From assembly GCA_002256025.1 (NCBI GenBank), contig NKIB01014383.1:1-44040 (forward strand): a DNA stretch of 44,040 nucleotides. Direction: 5' to 3'. This DNA is from Asterionella formosa (taxonomy: Eukaryota). The notes under the pieces are model-generated. The model was not told where the DNA came from. It worked only from the letters and a program-made list of their open reading frames with translations, and did no database searches. Positions within the stretch are counted from its first letter, which is position 1. Every line of letters starts with the position of its first letter. Shown one piece after another: positions 1 to 12,368 of the stretch. The position numbers and the translations under genes were made by a program.

Positions 1-664
1 TATTATGACTATTCTATTGCTGTTCCAAGTACATCGTTGTCAGCACTCACGCATGTACCTAATCTGGTGGCTGCGCCGGTATGGTTCGTACGGCGCATGT
101 ATGGAGCATCATATGCAGATATTAACACCTGGTACCCATCCCAAGGAGTGGCATGTTTGGAAACCGAAGTTTTTTGCCCATGTACATATATGCCTTCTTC
201 GAGGGCTTTGAAGGAATACGAGTCAGTAGGTTGAGATGAAGTATCAACAGGTGAGAAGGACTTAACCAGCCGGGTGAAGATCATCCTGAGCGCGACACGA
301 AAAACCGGTAATACGAGGGGTTGCCTGTACAAGTTTGATTTTGGCATGTCGGAGTGGTCCATTTGGATACGTAAATGGTGCCAGAAGTTCAGAGTTCCCC
401 AATGGAAATGCAATGGTAGCGTGGGACAAGTTAGTGTCTAAGTATGAGTCAAGTAACATGACAAATGTGATTTCCTTATGAGATCATTGGACAAAATTCA
501 CGATGAACGAAAATGAGAACCCCGACATTTGGTCGGATCCTGATAAAAGATGCTGAAAACACGTCATCAACTACGTCACTCGTATATTTTCCACGTAGAA
601 TATAACTTCCAGGTAGAAGCACGTGAAGGAACGGAATCTTGATCAGACAATGCGAAGACAAGTG

Positions 665-830
665 TTCGGACCTGCGCCTGCCCGTCTCAATACGCATGCC
701 CGATTCTGTATATGCTGGTTCAAACAGTGGTCCTGGTACAGTGTACCGGTAGTTTCGGACCTGTTCCTGCCCGCCTCAATACACATGCCCGACGCTTTGT
801 GAGCTGGTCCAAAGTGTGGTCCCCTGGTAC
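665..830. repeat. Imperfect tandem duplication, two copies, period ~89 bp
   Basis: TTCGGACCTG.(G/T)CCTGCCCG.CTCAATAC.CATGCCCGA ... GCTGGT.CAAA..GTGGTCC..TGGTAC occurs at 665-739 and again at 754-830. Confidence 0.8.
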
Positions 831-1379
831 CTGGTACTGGGTATCGTACTTTACTCCTATCTGGTACCATGTGCAGTAAGCATCAGATATATCTCAATAA
901 CATCAATCAAGTCACGTCGATCCAGCAGATTTTACCTTCACGCATTAGATTTGATGAACGGGTACCGGTACCAGCATATACCAGTAGTGTAGAGTCTAGA
1001 ACATTACAGGAAACTCCTGTATAGGCCTCGTGCTGTACTATGTAGCCTGACACGTAGCTAAAAGTAGCTAGCACCAGATATCTGTAACATCAAACAAGTC
1101 GCTTTCATTTTCTGCAATGATATGGATGTCAAGATGAGATGCAATGGAAAGTGAGGTAATTTGCTTGAAATAAATATTTAGCTTCACTACAGACAGCATT
1201 GAGATATACAGAGGAACTAGAGGAAAACAAACAGCTTGAAATGAAGGTGACGGATTCATTGAAGACAGACATCATGATGATATCAAGTTAGTAAAGAAGG
1301 AAGGAGTAGATGTTTCTGAAGTGGTCTGCTCCATGTTGGGTCACAAGGAAGATGCGGTGGTGCAAATGCTGGGATGATA

Positions 1380-2086
1380 ATCTTCTTAACAACATAATTG
1401 CCATTGGGCAAATTAATGAACACAAAGTTGCTATTAAAGTCAGTAACAGTAGTAGTCTATAGAAAAGGGCTGGTACCACTTGGACTTTGTAGAGTAACAA
1501 TCACACTCACCAAGTTAGTGTCTTCACTATCGTTGTTGTCGGTATCTTCCTTGAAGCTTCTGGAAATTGATCCAAGCAAAAAGTATGTTGAGAGGCAGCC
1601 ACTCACACTTGGAGCACTGATGGGGTGCTGGTCACAGAAACAAATGTTCAAAACATTTCCAGCACTTGTATTTACAGAAATTGTGCTGCTGCCAACATTG
1701 AAAAATCCAGGAGGTGTCTATTTGACAATTGTGTACATGCCTGGAGAAGCATTCAAGGTGAAGTTACCATTGCAGTCAGTCATGGTTGGTATGACAACTG
1801 TACCATTGGGATCTTTCAGTTGTACAGTAATGCCACCAATCTTAACATTGCCACCGTTGTCATGATTGGTATCTTCAAGCACCTGTAAACTGATCTTACA
1901 CGAAGGCTCATCACCAATGAAATCTCCAAATTGTCTTGTTCTCACTGCCACAATGCTTGACGTCAATTTTGCTATCAAATGCCACACCCGAGCGATCTGA
2001 CACATCAACATAGCTACCCGACTGGACTGAGGGTCATCGGCGCTGTCACTGAGCAACCTCATTACGAGAAACCCTTTTGTCCTCAT
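1380..2086 (-). pseudogene. Decayed SdrD B-like (Cna-B/prealbumin-fold) repeat protein
   Basis: Two repeat units split over frames: VLEDTNHDNGGNVKIGGITVQLKDPNGTVVIPTMTDCNGNFTLNASPGMYTIVK, then GSISRSFKEDTDNNDSEDTNLVSVIVTLQSPSGT continuing after a frameshift as TTVTDFNSNFVFINLPNGNYVVK; stops and frameshifts present. Confidence 0.7.
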
Positions 2087-2712
2087 TGGGGAAAATGAGA
2101 GGATAAAACATGATCATGGTGAACAATGCAATTCGGCAGTGGTCCAGCATCAAGCATTTATTTATTTTTTATTTGAGATAACTACCAAAACCATATTATG
2201 CTGGAAATCGAGGAATGGAATGCCGGCAAGGTAATATATGAATTATTATAAATGAATATATTGTATTTTACATCACAAGAAATATCGAAAACGATCAAGT
2301 TGGGCGAGGGATAGTCTAAGATTCCTGTCAGATAGATTCCTCTTTTCCATGATGACGTGTTTTCAGCACCTTGTATCAGGACTCGTTGGGGATAATTCGA
2401 TAATGAATGTTGAGCAGTACGAGCTCCGCAATTTCGGATGGTGCCTATGTGGCCTATTTTATCAACCACTCACCGTAAGGCCATTACCGGCACTGTACAA
2501 GAGTTTGGTGATATAAAAATCTGGTCTTGCCAGCTCTGAGCTCACGATTCCAAGACGTCTAGAAGCAAGACGAACGTGTGACACTGCTATGATTTCTATG
2601 TACGGAACTATACCAAGGCCGACGAATAAGAACGGCGAGAGGCACGCCTTTTTTTGGAAGGGCCCTTACCATTTTGGTTCACAAGGCAGTTGCTGATTCC
2701 CGAAGCAAGATT

Positions 2713-2929
2713 CACAGATGTCGCGAAATCAGGGCTTTTTTGTTGACCGAAAACCCGGAAACTATTTGAATTTCATTACGATAAATCTCGTTTTGTCAAA
2801 ATGACGATGGCGATCGCCTTTTTCTTCCAAGATAATAATAATTAATTATCCCCTTTTTCGGATATGCTCAATCCTATCCCTGTTTAGAGTCTGAGCTATG
2901 GTAATGGCTGGTAGACGACTTGTGTGTAG
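2713..2929 (-). repeat. Inverted, diverged copy of the terminal repeat at 5115-5317
   Basis: Aligns to the reverse complement of 5117-5317 (e.g. CCGAAAACCCGGAAACT.TTTGAATTTCATT.CGATAAATCTCGT.TTGTCAAAATGA.GATGGC ... AATGGCTGGTA.ACGACTTGTGTGTAG) with one short indel. Confidence 0.9.
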
Positions 2930-5114
2930 CCTGTTTAGACTGGTAGGGAAATGTATAGGCAATACATAGATTAAAAATAGTATATTGGAAATAAATATTA
3001 CTTTGCTGTACTGGTACTGCTATTAGTCTAGTCTACCAGCAATGCAATTGTTTCATGATGACTCATTTGTTATTACTGGTACAAAAGTTGATTCAATCAT
3101 CAGTATGCGGGCCCTAAAGGCATCCCAGTCTATAAATACCTGGTATGGTATGGGGTACGGGTACCTGATATGAATGAACCATCATGGTTTATACTAACAT
3201 ATTGGTAAATTGTAGACTATGATACCAGCATACTCCTTCAGTCATGTTAGTTGCCAATACTTCTGTTGATAAGAATAACTCTATGCTAATGATCTCTTCC
3301 TGTTACCCAGTAATGGTATGAAGTAGGAACTGTTCCACTTGGTTCTTTCAGAAACTCTTGGATTCTTTTCTATCCACCATAGCTGCTCATCTAAAATAAA
3401 GGAAAATTTGAGTGCACAAATGTGCATGTCGATTCCCTACTCAACATTCCTAGCAAGCAACACCGCAACCAGATTCTCTGTGTGATTTGGACCTGTTACT
3501 TTCCTCTTTGCATCAATGAATTGAACCATGCCAGTGATTAGTGCAACTATAAGCCCAACAGTCTCACTTTAAATTTGAATGGAATTCTGTGGTTTTGTAA
3601 GCAACATATTGCTCTCAAACAGTTCCATATTTTCATTCTGAATATCCTCAAACTTCTCATGTCCAGAAATCAAGCATCAAATTAGCCATCTTCGCTCATG
3701 ATGAAACTCTGAATTTCATTTCTCCTGCTTAGACATTTCTTCTTTAAGTGGTAATATTGCTGGTATTGAATGTAGTCGTCTCCCTCTCTCATCCTATTTA
3801 TTGGATAATTGATTTTGTACTTGGATGCTTCATCCTTGTTGTCACTTGCATTGCCATAATTTTTAAAAACATTTTATTGCCATTGCAAGAATGACAAGAC
3901 AACACCATACATTGCACATTTACTTTCTTGTTTACCATTCTTGCAAAACAATCTTTCCCCATTTGACTGCAAATTATGCCATTTGCATATTGGACATGAA
4001 TACTGCAAATTGATTCAGCACCTGCATTCGAATCTTGGTAAACAATAGAGTGTATTGGTTCTAGATGTCGAATTCACAAGCAATTAACAATGGAAGGCAG
4101 TCATTCTATTTATCTGTATCGAAACTGTTGATTGTTGCCACGACTGTAAGAACTACATGAAGTCTTCTATGTTGACGAGTCCATTTTGAACCAAACATTC
4201 GCAACCCACTGGTAGCAAGGGATACAAAATTAAGTTCCCGTTGTGTACATAGTGCCCATCCAACAACCAATGACAAATTAAGATCCTATTTTACACATAC
4301 CGGGTAGTGCCCACCCAACAACCAATAATCAACAATACATCCAACCAGGACCTCTCCAAATGCAGTAAGTATTAATTGCTGCTCAGCACGACGATTTCTG
4401 ATGGTTGTCAATTGCTGTCTCGAAAATCGCCCCTGTCTTCTTTCCTGCTCTAGCTATATGGTGTGTTTCTGATAAAAACATGATGGATTCAACAAACTTA
4501 TGCATAAGAAGAAAATAGAGCCAATTACCCTTCAATCTTTGCAGAAGCAACCAAGCAAGCCAAGGAACCTAAAAACTCTCAAGGTGGGTACAAGCACCAA
4601 CGAAATGATCAGAATCTGATGAATGAACCAGCCGCTAGGCGAGAATCTTTCTCCAACATGTTGTCATTGTAGAACAAGTGACAATCACAAGGCAATCAAC
4701 AATACACAGCCAGCAGTCTCTCGCTTGAACAAACCTCTACCAAAGAACCAAGACATCAACAATGAAACACCAAGAGCTTGTGCTCGCTTCCACCTTGCGG
4801 CTCCTCTTGAAACGGTCAGTCGACTCTTGATTGATTGTTGCGTCACGGTCCAATATAAAAACAGAGGCCTCGTCTTACAGTGATAAGAATGGAGGCAAGC
4901 CCACTGGGTCATAGGACATATGACAAACGAATAGACTTGTCATCCATAAAAAATGAACCATCTTGAATCTAATTGACTACATAAATGATGATTCTATACC
5001 AAATCAATTTAAACGTTAAATATATTGCTTCCCCATAAATTTCCCTATTAGTTTTCTCGTGCTTTGACTCTACCAAATCGAGTCACGGCGCCAAATATAT
5101 AAAATTATGAATTT

Positions 5115-5317
5115 CACTACACACAAGTCGTTTACCAGCCATTAAGCAATGACATGATTGAGCTTATCCGACAAAGGGGATGATGAATTACTATTATCTA
5201 GGAAGAAAACAGCGGTAGCCATCTTCATTTTGACAATACGAGATTTATCGCAATGAAATTCAAACAGTTTCCGGGTTTTCGGTTAACTAAAAAATACTTG
5301 ATTTCTTGACATGTGTG
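5115..5317 (+). repeat. Putative left terminus of a CACTA-type DNA transposon
   Basis: Begins CACTACACACAAG at 5115, almost exactly where similarity to the copy at 2713-2929 starts. Confidence 0.6.
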
Positions 5318-5408
5318 TGTGTTCTATAGTACAAAAAGGAAAGTACCTCCAAGCAACAGAATAAGAGAAAGGACGTGAAAAGTTTCAAGTTCCAGCCTTT
5401 GGGTCACT

Positions 5409-7486
5409 ATGCCAATGAGTGCAACTGTCAACAAAATGCACCAATCAAACAGAAGGGAGGAGAACACGCAAATACTAGTCCTAATTACGGGTACCATCTA
5501 CCTGGCGGGCTTAAGTGCCCATCATAACAGTGTTATATTCGGCAAGAATTCTTTCAGAACTCGCATATCAATCACAAGTTCAAACCTGTATAGTGGTCCT
5601 CTTCTTGTCTCAACTCATTTCACAGGTGATTGTGGTGATTTCATGAAAAAATCGTATGTAGTGTTTCAGGTAGTCATACCAAGAGGTCGCAGCTGATGTT
5701 CACTATTGGTTCTTCTATAATTGTTTCATTCTTTGATTTTAAAGCATCAACTTCTATCTCGACTCCTATTTCGTTGTCATCATGTCAAGTAAAGGAAAAA
5801 TAAGAAGCAGTGATAAATCAAGAGTTGATAATGTCTCTCAAAAGAGGTACTGCAACAGCAACCAGGATGAAAACTTTCTGAATGAGCCTTCCTATTCCTA
5901 TCGGGCATAGCAGGCGAAGACAAATTTATGGAGTTACATCTTGATAATGGCGATGATCTCAAATATATATCACGATTCCACCTTAGTCATGAGACAGTGA
6001 TTAACAGAAGCATCATTATCCATTGTTGTTTTATGTTCAACAACTTCATAATAAGATTGACCTGTATTGGAACGCAAAATTTCGCTGAATACCTCTTCTG
6101 ATATTGGATTCAAGCTTTGCCACTACTGTCTTTACAAAAAGAAAGGATATCGTTGCATTGATATCATCCTCTCAATGTAAAAAGGAGTTGGTGAAATATT
6201 TCATACTAGAAAATTTTTCCACACCCAGGCACTAACATTCATTTACATATTTGAATCTCCTTGAATAACCTTGCTTTTGATCTCTTTACCAACCATTTTT
6301 ACTTTCATCATCTTTGTAGTCTTACAAATATACTGCTGAAACATGTGTGCCAAGTAGTATTGGGATATCTAGTCCAACCAGTCATGGCTTGCAAGATTGA
6401 GCAGTACGTTCTTGTTGCTGAAACATCATCCCAAAATCGCTATTGCCATTAAGGAAAACTCCGAATTGGCGGATTGCATCTGGAATGGTGTCGAAGAAGT
6501 TTCTCATAGAGGAACCAATTTCCTATTGGCGAGAAGTGCTAAGGAAAGGAAAGAGTACTTTGACAGTACATTTGGAGGAATGTGTGCAATTACACTATGT
6601 CACTGTTTGTAAGCGACGAAAGAAGTAACAATACAGTTCAATCAGATGAATCTGAATTTGAGGATATACTAAGGGATGCAAAGACATCCATTGTTGTGAA
6701 ACCCAAACTAATGTCTTTCTCGGCAGAGAAAGACCAATGTGTATTTTGATTTATTTTCCGGCGGTATTAAACAACTGTGTACACAAGCACAAGCAAAACG
6801 CTCAGATGGGACAGGAGATACTGCCGCTTGTTTCACCTAGACAACGAACATGGTAAACCTGCGGTTAAGACCTTTGTAAATTTTGCCATCCAGCGATGCA
6901 ATGACAGAAATTCTACTGGAATTAGTACGTCTGTAGAGATAGATCGGCTCAATTTCTATTATCATGCATGTTACTATGGTCTCAAAAGATGACAGTACGA
7001 GAAAAATTTTAAGATATAATCCAAATGGAACAAAGAGGAAATGATTCTTCATCAAACCAGTTCTTGGTTTGATTGTTGGGTTGAAGTGAATTGGGAAAGT
7101 CGAAATGGGAAAAACTGCACTGTACCAGCAAAATTACTATTATGGGGTAACGTTATGTATTCAGATGGAACTGAAAGAACACTCCTTGAATCTGTATGTT
7201 TGTTGAGGAGTACCAAGAACATGCCAACCATAATCGCATGTTTTATATCACAGGTGATTACATTTGTGATGAGAAGACGGGATTAAGCGTTGTTGAGCAT
7301 AACAAAATTCTTTCCACAGCATTTGAAGTCCCAGCTTTAGCACCAGCTACAATCAGTAAATCTACGAGTACACAAGAAACCGTTGAAGCCATTGAAAACA
7401 CTGATTATTATATTGCGTTACCACCACGAAATCAAAGGAAATTGATTGGTTGGGATATTCACTTAAGTACAGAGAAACAGCACTAA
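5409..7486 (+). pseudogene. Fragmented transposase-like ORF (Plavaka/CACTA-like C-terminal region)
   Basis: Chain of short + strand ORFs; the segments ILRYNPN...WFDCWVEVNW...VPAKLLLWG...ILSTAFEVP...YYIALPPRNQ resemble, from memory, Plavaka-type C-termini; no catalytic triad readable. Confidence 0.4.
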
Positions 7487-7599
7487 TTATCATGTTTACA
7501 ATTAATTAAGAATATACTTCAACATTTATTACCTGGTTACGAATTCATAGTTTACTTACTATCTTTATGATCTTTCTTTTCTTTCGAGAACCAGAAGAT

Positions 7600-9048
7600 G
7601 AAAATGAACTGTTAGCATCCACTGATTCTTCCGCAGATTTCAAGAATCTCTAGAAATCTCTTAATAGTATATCATGCTGGCTGTCATTCAGAAGGACAGT
7701 ATAATTGCTCACTTTCTGTATGTCCTCAGCAATAACCAAAGCACGTTTGTAGTCATTTTCAAATTTTCTAAATTTTTTTCTTTATTACCGTGCCAATGGT
7801 AAGATTCTACGGGATGATGAACCATCTTACTAAAATAAGTCACTACCGTTCTGTTCACTTCAGAGATAACTCAAATTAGGATTGAGGTCCATTGCTGCAA
7901 CTTTTTCACAACAAGCGCTCACGATGGTTTTTGGAACATATATCATAACTGCATCTTTAATTACAGACTTTCTATGAACAGGAAATGACCATCCGTTTTG
8001 ATTTCCACCATTAAACTTCATTTTCATATATGCATTCCAACCATCCTTTGTTAAACATGAGTCAGTTCTTTTCCCCATAATCTTTGTCACTCCCCCACTG
8101 TAGCGAAGTTGTGGTAGTAATTCCATAAACTGCACAATTGTAAAGGCGGGACTACATGACTATCCACCATCCTTGGTTGGTTCGAAAATCTTTGAATCTG
8201 TAGGTTTGCCCATAAAGCATTCCAGAGGGCCTTTCCCTCGGCGGCATCCACTAGTAGTCACCAGCTACCTTTCCCTTCACTCAACTTTCCCCTGAATAGA
8301 AACAGAACGGCTGTTGGAGATGGTTTGCTTATTCAGATGAAAATGCTTACCATCACGAAATAGTCCTGAAGTTTTGTAGATTGGAAGGGAATGATTTGTT
8401 AGTAAACAAGGAGTATGTTTGACAAGTCAAGAAGAAATCAGGCATACCAAGTCAAGTTGTTAACTTACTAGTAAAGGCATGTTTGAGAGTGGTAACAACC
8501 GCATTTCTTTTTTCTGACATCACTTTATTTATATGATTCTTATATGTCTGCCAAATTGATTCGAATTCCTTATCAGATCCCATGAATAGGCTTGGGAAGT
8601 GAGCACTAAATGAAAGTGCCATACTAGTTGGTCCCCTTTCATCAAGGTCAATATCACCTGTAATAAACTTGATTATTGGAAAAAGTTCAAATTTGAACCA
8701 TTGACCAACATTTCGGGTCCAACGCTTGTCTCTTCCAATGCCATGGCCACCAGAAGGCAAAGTTGAAGTCTTTGCTTCTCTGTTACTTCGCGAAGCTCTT
8801 CAATCTCCTTTCTACTTTTCTTCAACTCAGATTGAAGAAACTCTAAGGGGGCAAATTCTTTGTTATCAGATATAGTCGAAATGTTTTTTTTTACGATCAG
8901 TTGATAAAATGAGAATTTCATCCTCATCACTAAGGAAATCGCTGTTCTCTGCTCCAGGAATAGAGACTCCATTGTCACTTTCACTGTCAGATGCAAAGGA
9001 AGCCTCAGTCTGAGAGAGCTCCGGAATATGTTTTGACATGATTTCCAA
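7600..9048 (-). pseudogene. Decayed accessory ORF convergent with the transposase-like region
   Basis: Acidic Ser-rich N-terminus, coiled coil (LKKSRKEIEELRE), KFELFPIIKFI...WQTYKNHINKVMSEKRNAVVTTLKHAF, a GTAAGT donor at 8468, and further pieces in 7860-8135; frameshifted. Confidence 0.45.
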
Positions 9049-9598
9049 GATAGCTTGCCAGAGATTTATAAGAATTGGATCTCAAACAATCACTGATTGA
9101 TCACACATTTATTAAAAAAAGTGGACATTTTCCCTTTGGTTGATATTGAAAAGAATGGCCGTTGTTGGTAGTCTACCGGTTAGTTGCTCCACTAATAATA
9201 ATCAAGCATCATCACCTTCAAAATTCTACAGTTACTGAATGGCGCGACCGTAAAAGTTCTAGTCCTTCTAGTAGTACTTGCTACTACTAGCTAGCAGTGA
9301 TTCAGGGAAATCATACACACAAACAAGTACCAGGTATTGTATATAGTACATCGGAGTATTCGTCTTGTACTGTTTATCTAGGTGCTAGATGCAGGTAGGA
9401 TTCGTACAAAAAAATATTGCAACTAATACTGCTGGCTTCCTGCCCATTTGCCGGAACAGTAAAACTGCCAGCCGTCCTCACGTGACTCCATATTTCTCTA
9501 CTAATCGCTCTTTTTTGCAACAATTGCGTTACTCTCCTATTCTCTCCTTCCTTTCTCCCTTCGAGACTTCTTTCTCGCTCAAGAACAGACCAGCCAAG

Positions 9599-9973
9599 AT
9601 GTCCGATGGTTTCTGTCCTTTCGAGGAACACAGGGCTCAGTATGGTGATGATGATGATACTATGTATCCTCATTACCATATCAAGACGAACTTCAGTGTT
9701 CCTTTCACAGCTGACCAGTTTAGGAGTACTTGCGTCAGCATGGACAAGTTACTTGAGATTGGGATGTTCAAGGATTTCAAGAGAGATCCTGAATTTTCCA
9801 TGAAGAAACTCTATCTTCGATTGATCATTGTGTATGAGAATGAGTCCTTTCTCCCTCAACGCTATTGGTTGGTCCCCTTAAGTCCTGCTGAGTCCATGAG
9901 TCTGATCTGCCAGGGATACAGGACTCATGTGGATTATCCACTGCTCTTTTTTCTTCCTCTTTTCTATTGTTGA
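9599..9973 (+). CDS. Hypothetical protein (~124 aa), possibly transposon-derived
   Basis: Open frame from ATG 9599 (MSDGFCPFEEH...) with protein-like composition; no family recognised. Confidence 0.25.
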   Translation: MSDGFCPFEEHRAQYGDDDDTMYPHYHIKTNFSVPFTADQFRSTCVSMDKLLEIGMFKDFKRDPEFSMKKLYLRLIIVYENESFLPQRYWLVPLSPAESMSLICQGYRTHVDYPLLFFLPLFYC

Positions 9974-10721
9974 ATGGCTTAAAGTATGTCTATAGTAAGC
10001 TATCAAATGACCTTATCAAGATTCCATAGAAATATGAACCACAACAAATAGTGTGTACATGAAAGTCACTACAAAACTGATGTAGAGGAATTTGTTGAAT
10101 CTTGAAATGTTGTTCCCTCTCCGAGAATACTGTCGCTCGGGTTTCTCATCTTTTTCTACAAAACATAGGAAATCTTATCTAGTCAAAGTTATCAAGCTAA
10201 TCATCGCGGCCTCAAAACTGTCGCTCCTTCGGTCAGATCTTCAAAACTGAGCAAATGACGACCAAAACAACTTTCAACGCCGATTTTAACTTTTTGTTGT
10301 CAATACTAGTGCAAAACATTTTATTATTGAACGATAATCTCGTCTATGTTAGTCTACATACACCTGCGAAATAGGAATTGTTCATTGTCAATATTCGTGA
10401 AGATATTCAAACCCATAATTTCGTCATGGTCAACATGGAGTTGCTGTCTCATCAACCCCATACCACAGGCAACAAGCTGTACAAACACACATGCAAGTAC
10501 TGCCTGATGGTATCTGGTACCCCATGCCAAGCATATTTAATATACATCACTATATAAATATGTTGTGGTACCAGCAGTTGGAATTAACATGTAATCCTGT
10601 AGGTCTGTCATTACTACTCAGCAGTCAAAGTCCACATCATACATCATATCGGTATTATATTTGGAATTGTCGTGTGTATCCATGAATTACTTTTTGTCAA
10701 AAGTCGCTCCACAAATACGAA

Positions 10722-12188
10722 ATGTCTAGTTCTTCCAACTCATCTCACAATTCATCCTCCTCTGAGGAGGATGATAGCATCTTGCAGAGTTCAGGAGATA
10801 GTTTGTCAGATGATAGTGCTTCCTCTTCTGGGAGAAAAGGGGTAGATCCCATTAACTTTTCCATCCTGCCATTGTCACCTGCAGGCGACACTCCAGCACG
10901 TACTGACAATTTTCCTCTTCCCCATGGCGACACTCCTTGGTGCTGGGAACCGGACTCACCAGACTTTATCATACAGACAATGACTGATTATAATTTAGCT
11001 TGTCGCAAGGCTGTCAAGAAGATTTGGCCAAATGCCGAATTTACATTTGGTATGTGCTCTTATCATGCCTGGAATGCATGGGAAAAGAAGCATAGAGGAA
11101 AGTTCAAGAAATACGACAAAAACAAGAAGAGAATGGGTGAAGACTTCGAGGCGTATTAAAGAAGTCCCTGGATACAGCTAGTTCCAATCCTCCGCGATTT
11201 GATGATTTTCAAGTGGATCAACACATACAAGGAAAAGAAAGTTGCAACTGCATGGTTAGAACAATGGGGTCCCACCATTCACACCTTAATTGAATTGAAC
11301 AGTTCCAATCTACTTCGTGGTGGTTTGCCTGCACACAACAACAATTCAGGGGGCATCAACAGTGGCTGGTGATAAATCATTCTTTGACCACAGGAAGCCT
11401 TTAAGGGCTAACTTCATTCATAACATATCTTATATGTTAGAGGATCATTCTAAAGGGGATCTATCATTTTGCTCCACTTTACACTCATCGGTACACTCGA
11501 TAAATTTCTACAAGTCTATTTATAAGCTTCTTGAGAAAAGCCAAAATGGGGGAAGCTACATTTCTCACAGTGACATTTGATCTCAAGTGTGATTCAATAA
11601 GAATCGGAGAGGGTTCATTTTTTATTGCGACATCGTCATTTGTGGACCTAAATATTATGTCCTCTATGCAAACAATGCAGTCCCAGAATACTGCAACTGC
11701 ATTGTCACAGCACAGTCAACTATCCCAATCTCGAAAGAGATATCTTTGTATCGGGAACACAGAATCAGTTACTGCACTACTAACTGTTATGCAATTGAAA
11801 AAGAAGAACAAAATGCATAATGAATACAAGCGCCTTCTCCGAAATCCTGAACAGTATTCTGCTAACCACACATTTGATGATGTCCTTTCCCTCACCCGCA
11901 GGTTTCACCTTATTGAACCTATTGTTTCCAAGAGTGAAAACGATGCATGATGTTGCTCTAACTTACTTTTTAGAAATTTTGGGAGCGTGTGGATTGGGTC
12001 CCATTTCGACTAATAGCTTGAAAGCAATGGGCAATGAAGGCCTCATATCTTGCCATTGTCACGCGTATTTAGCAAACGCGTGGTGTAAACATGCATGTGC
12101 TTTTGCATTTGACCGTGGAATTATTTCTACCTTTCCAAAGACAATGCATCCAAAGCCTAGTAGTATTAAGAATAAAGGTTCTGGATGA
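10722..12188 (+). pseudogene. MULE (Mutator-like) transposase with SWIM zinc finger, inactivated
   Basis: MULE motif TMTDYNLACRKAVKKIWPNAEFTFGMCSYH; in-frame stop at 11157-11159; GGLPAHNNNSGGIN with Gly where the NNxxE catalytic Glu is expected; SWIM ISCHCHAYLANAWCKHACA; several frameshifts. Confidence 0.85.
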
Positions 12189-12368
12189 ATCAGAAATGCG
12201 AAATGTGGAGGTAACTTAGATATTAGAGGATGATAAATTTAGAAAAGCACTAGTAGTAGTGCTGATTATAAAAGTTATCAATACTAGATAGGAATATCAT
12301 ACTTTTAACAAATAATTATTAAATATGAATTTACCATCCTTTTCCATAAGAATCAAGCAAAAATGAAA

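Larger units (their letters stand above)
5115..9050. mobile_element. Degenerate CACTA/EnSpm (Plavaka-like) transposon; right end not located
   Basis: CACTA terminus followed by a fragmented + strand transposase-like region and a convergent - strand accessory ORF; AT-rich with many stops. Confidence 0.5.

Noticed and set aside
5..459. Overlapping short ORFs at the window start, including a 134-aa - strand ORF
   Set aside because: No recognisable motif and no consistent coding strand; context is cut by the window edge
4250..4328. Short direct repeat TAGTGCCCA.CCAACAACCAAT in two copies
   Set aside because: Only two copies in decayed DNA; not an array and no evident function
10130..10400. Possible right end of the CACTA element or left TIR of the MULE
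   Set aside because: Only short words (AAATGACGA, GATAATCTCGT) resemble the terminal repeat; no convincing inverted partner or TSD found
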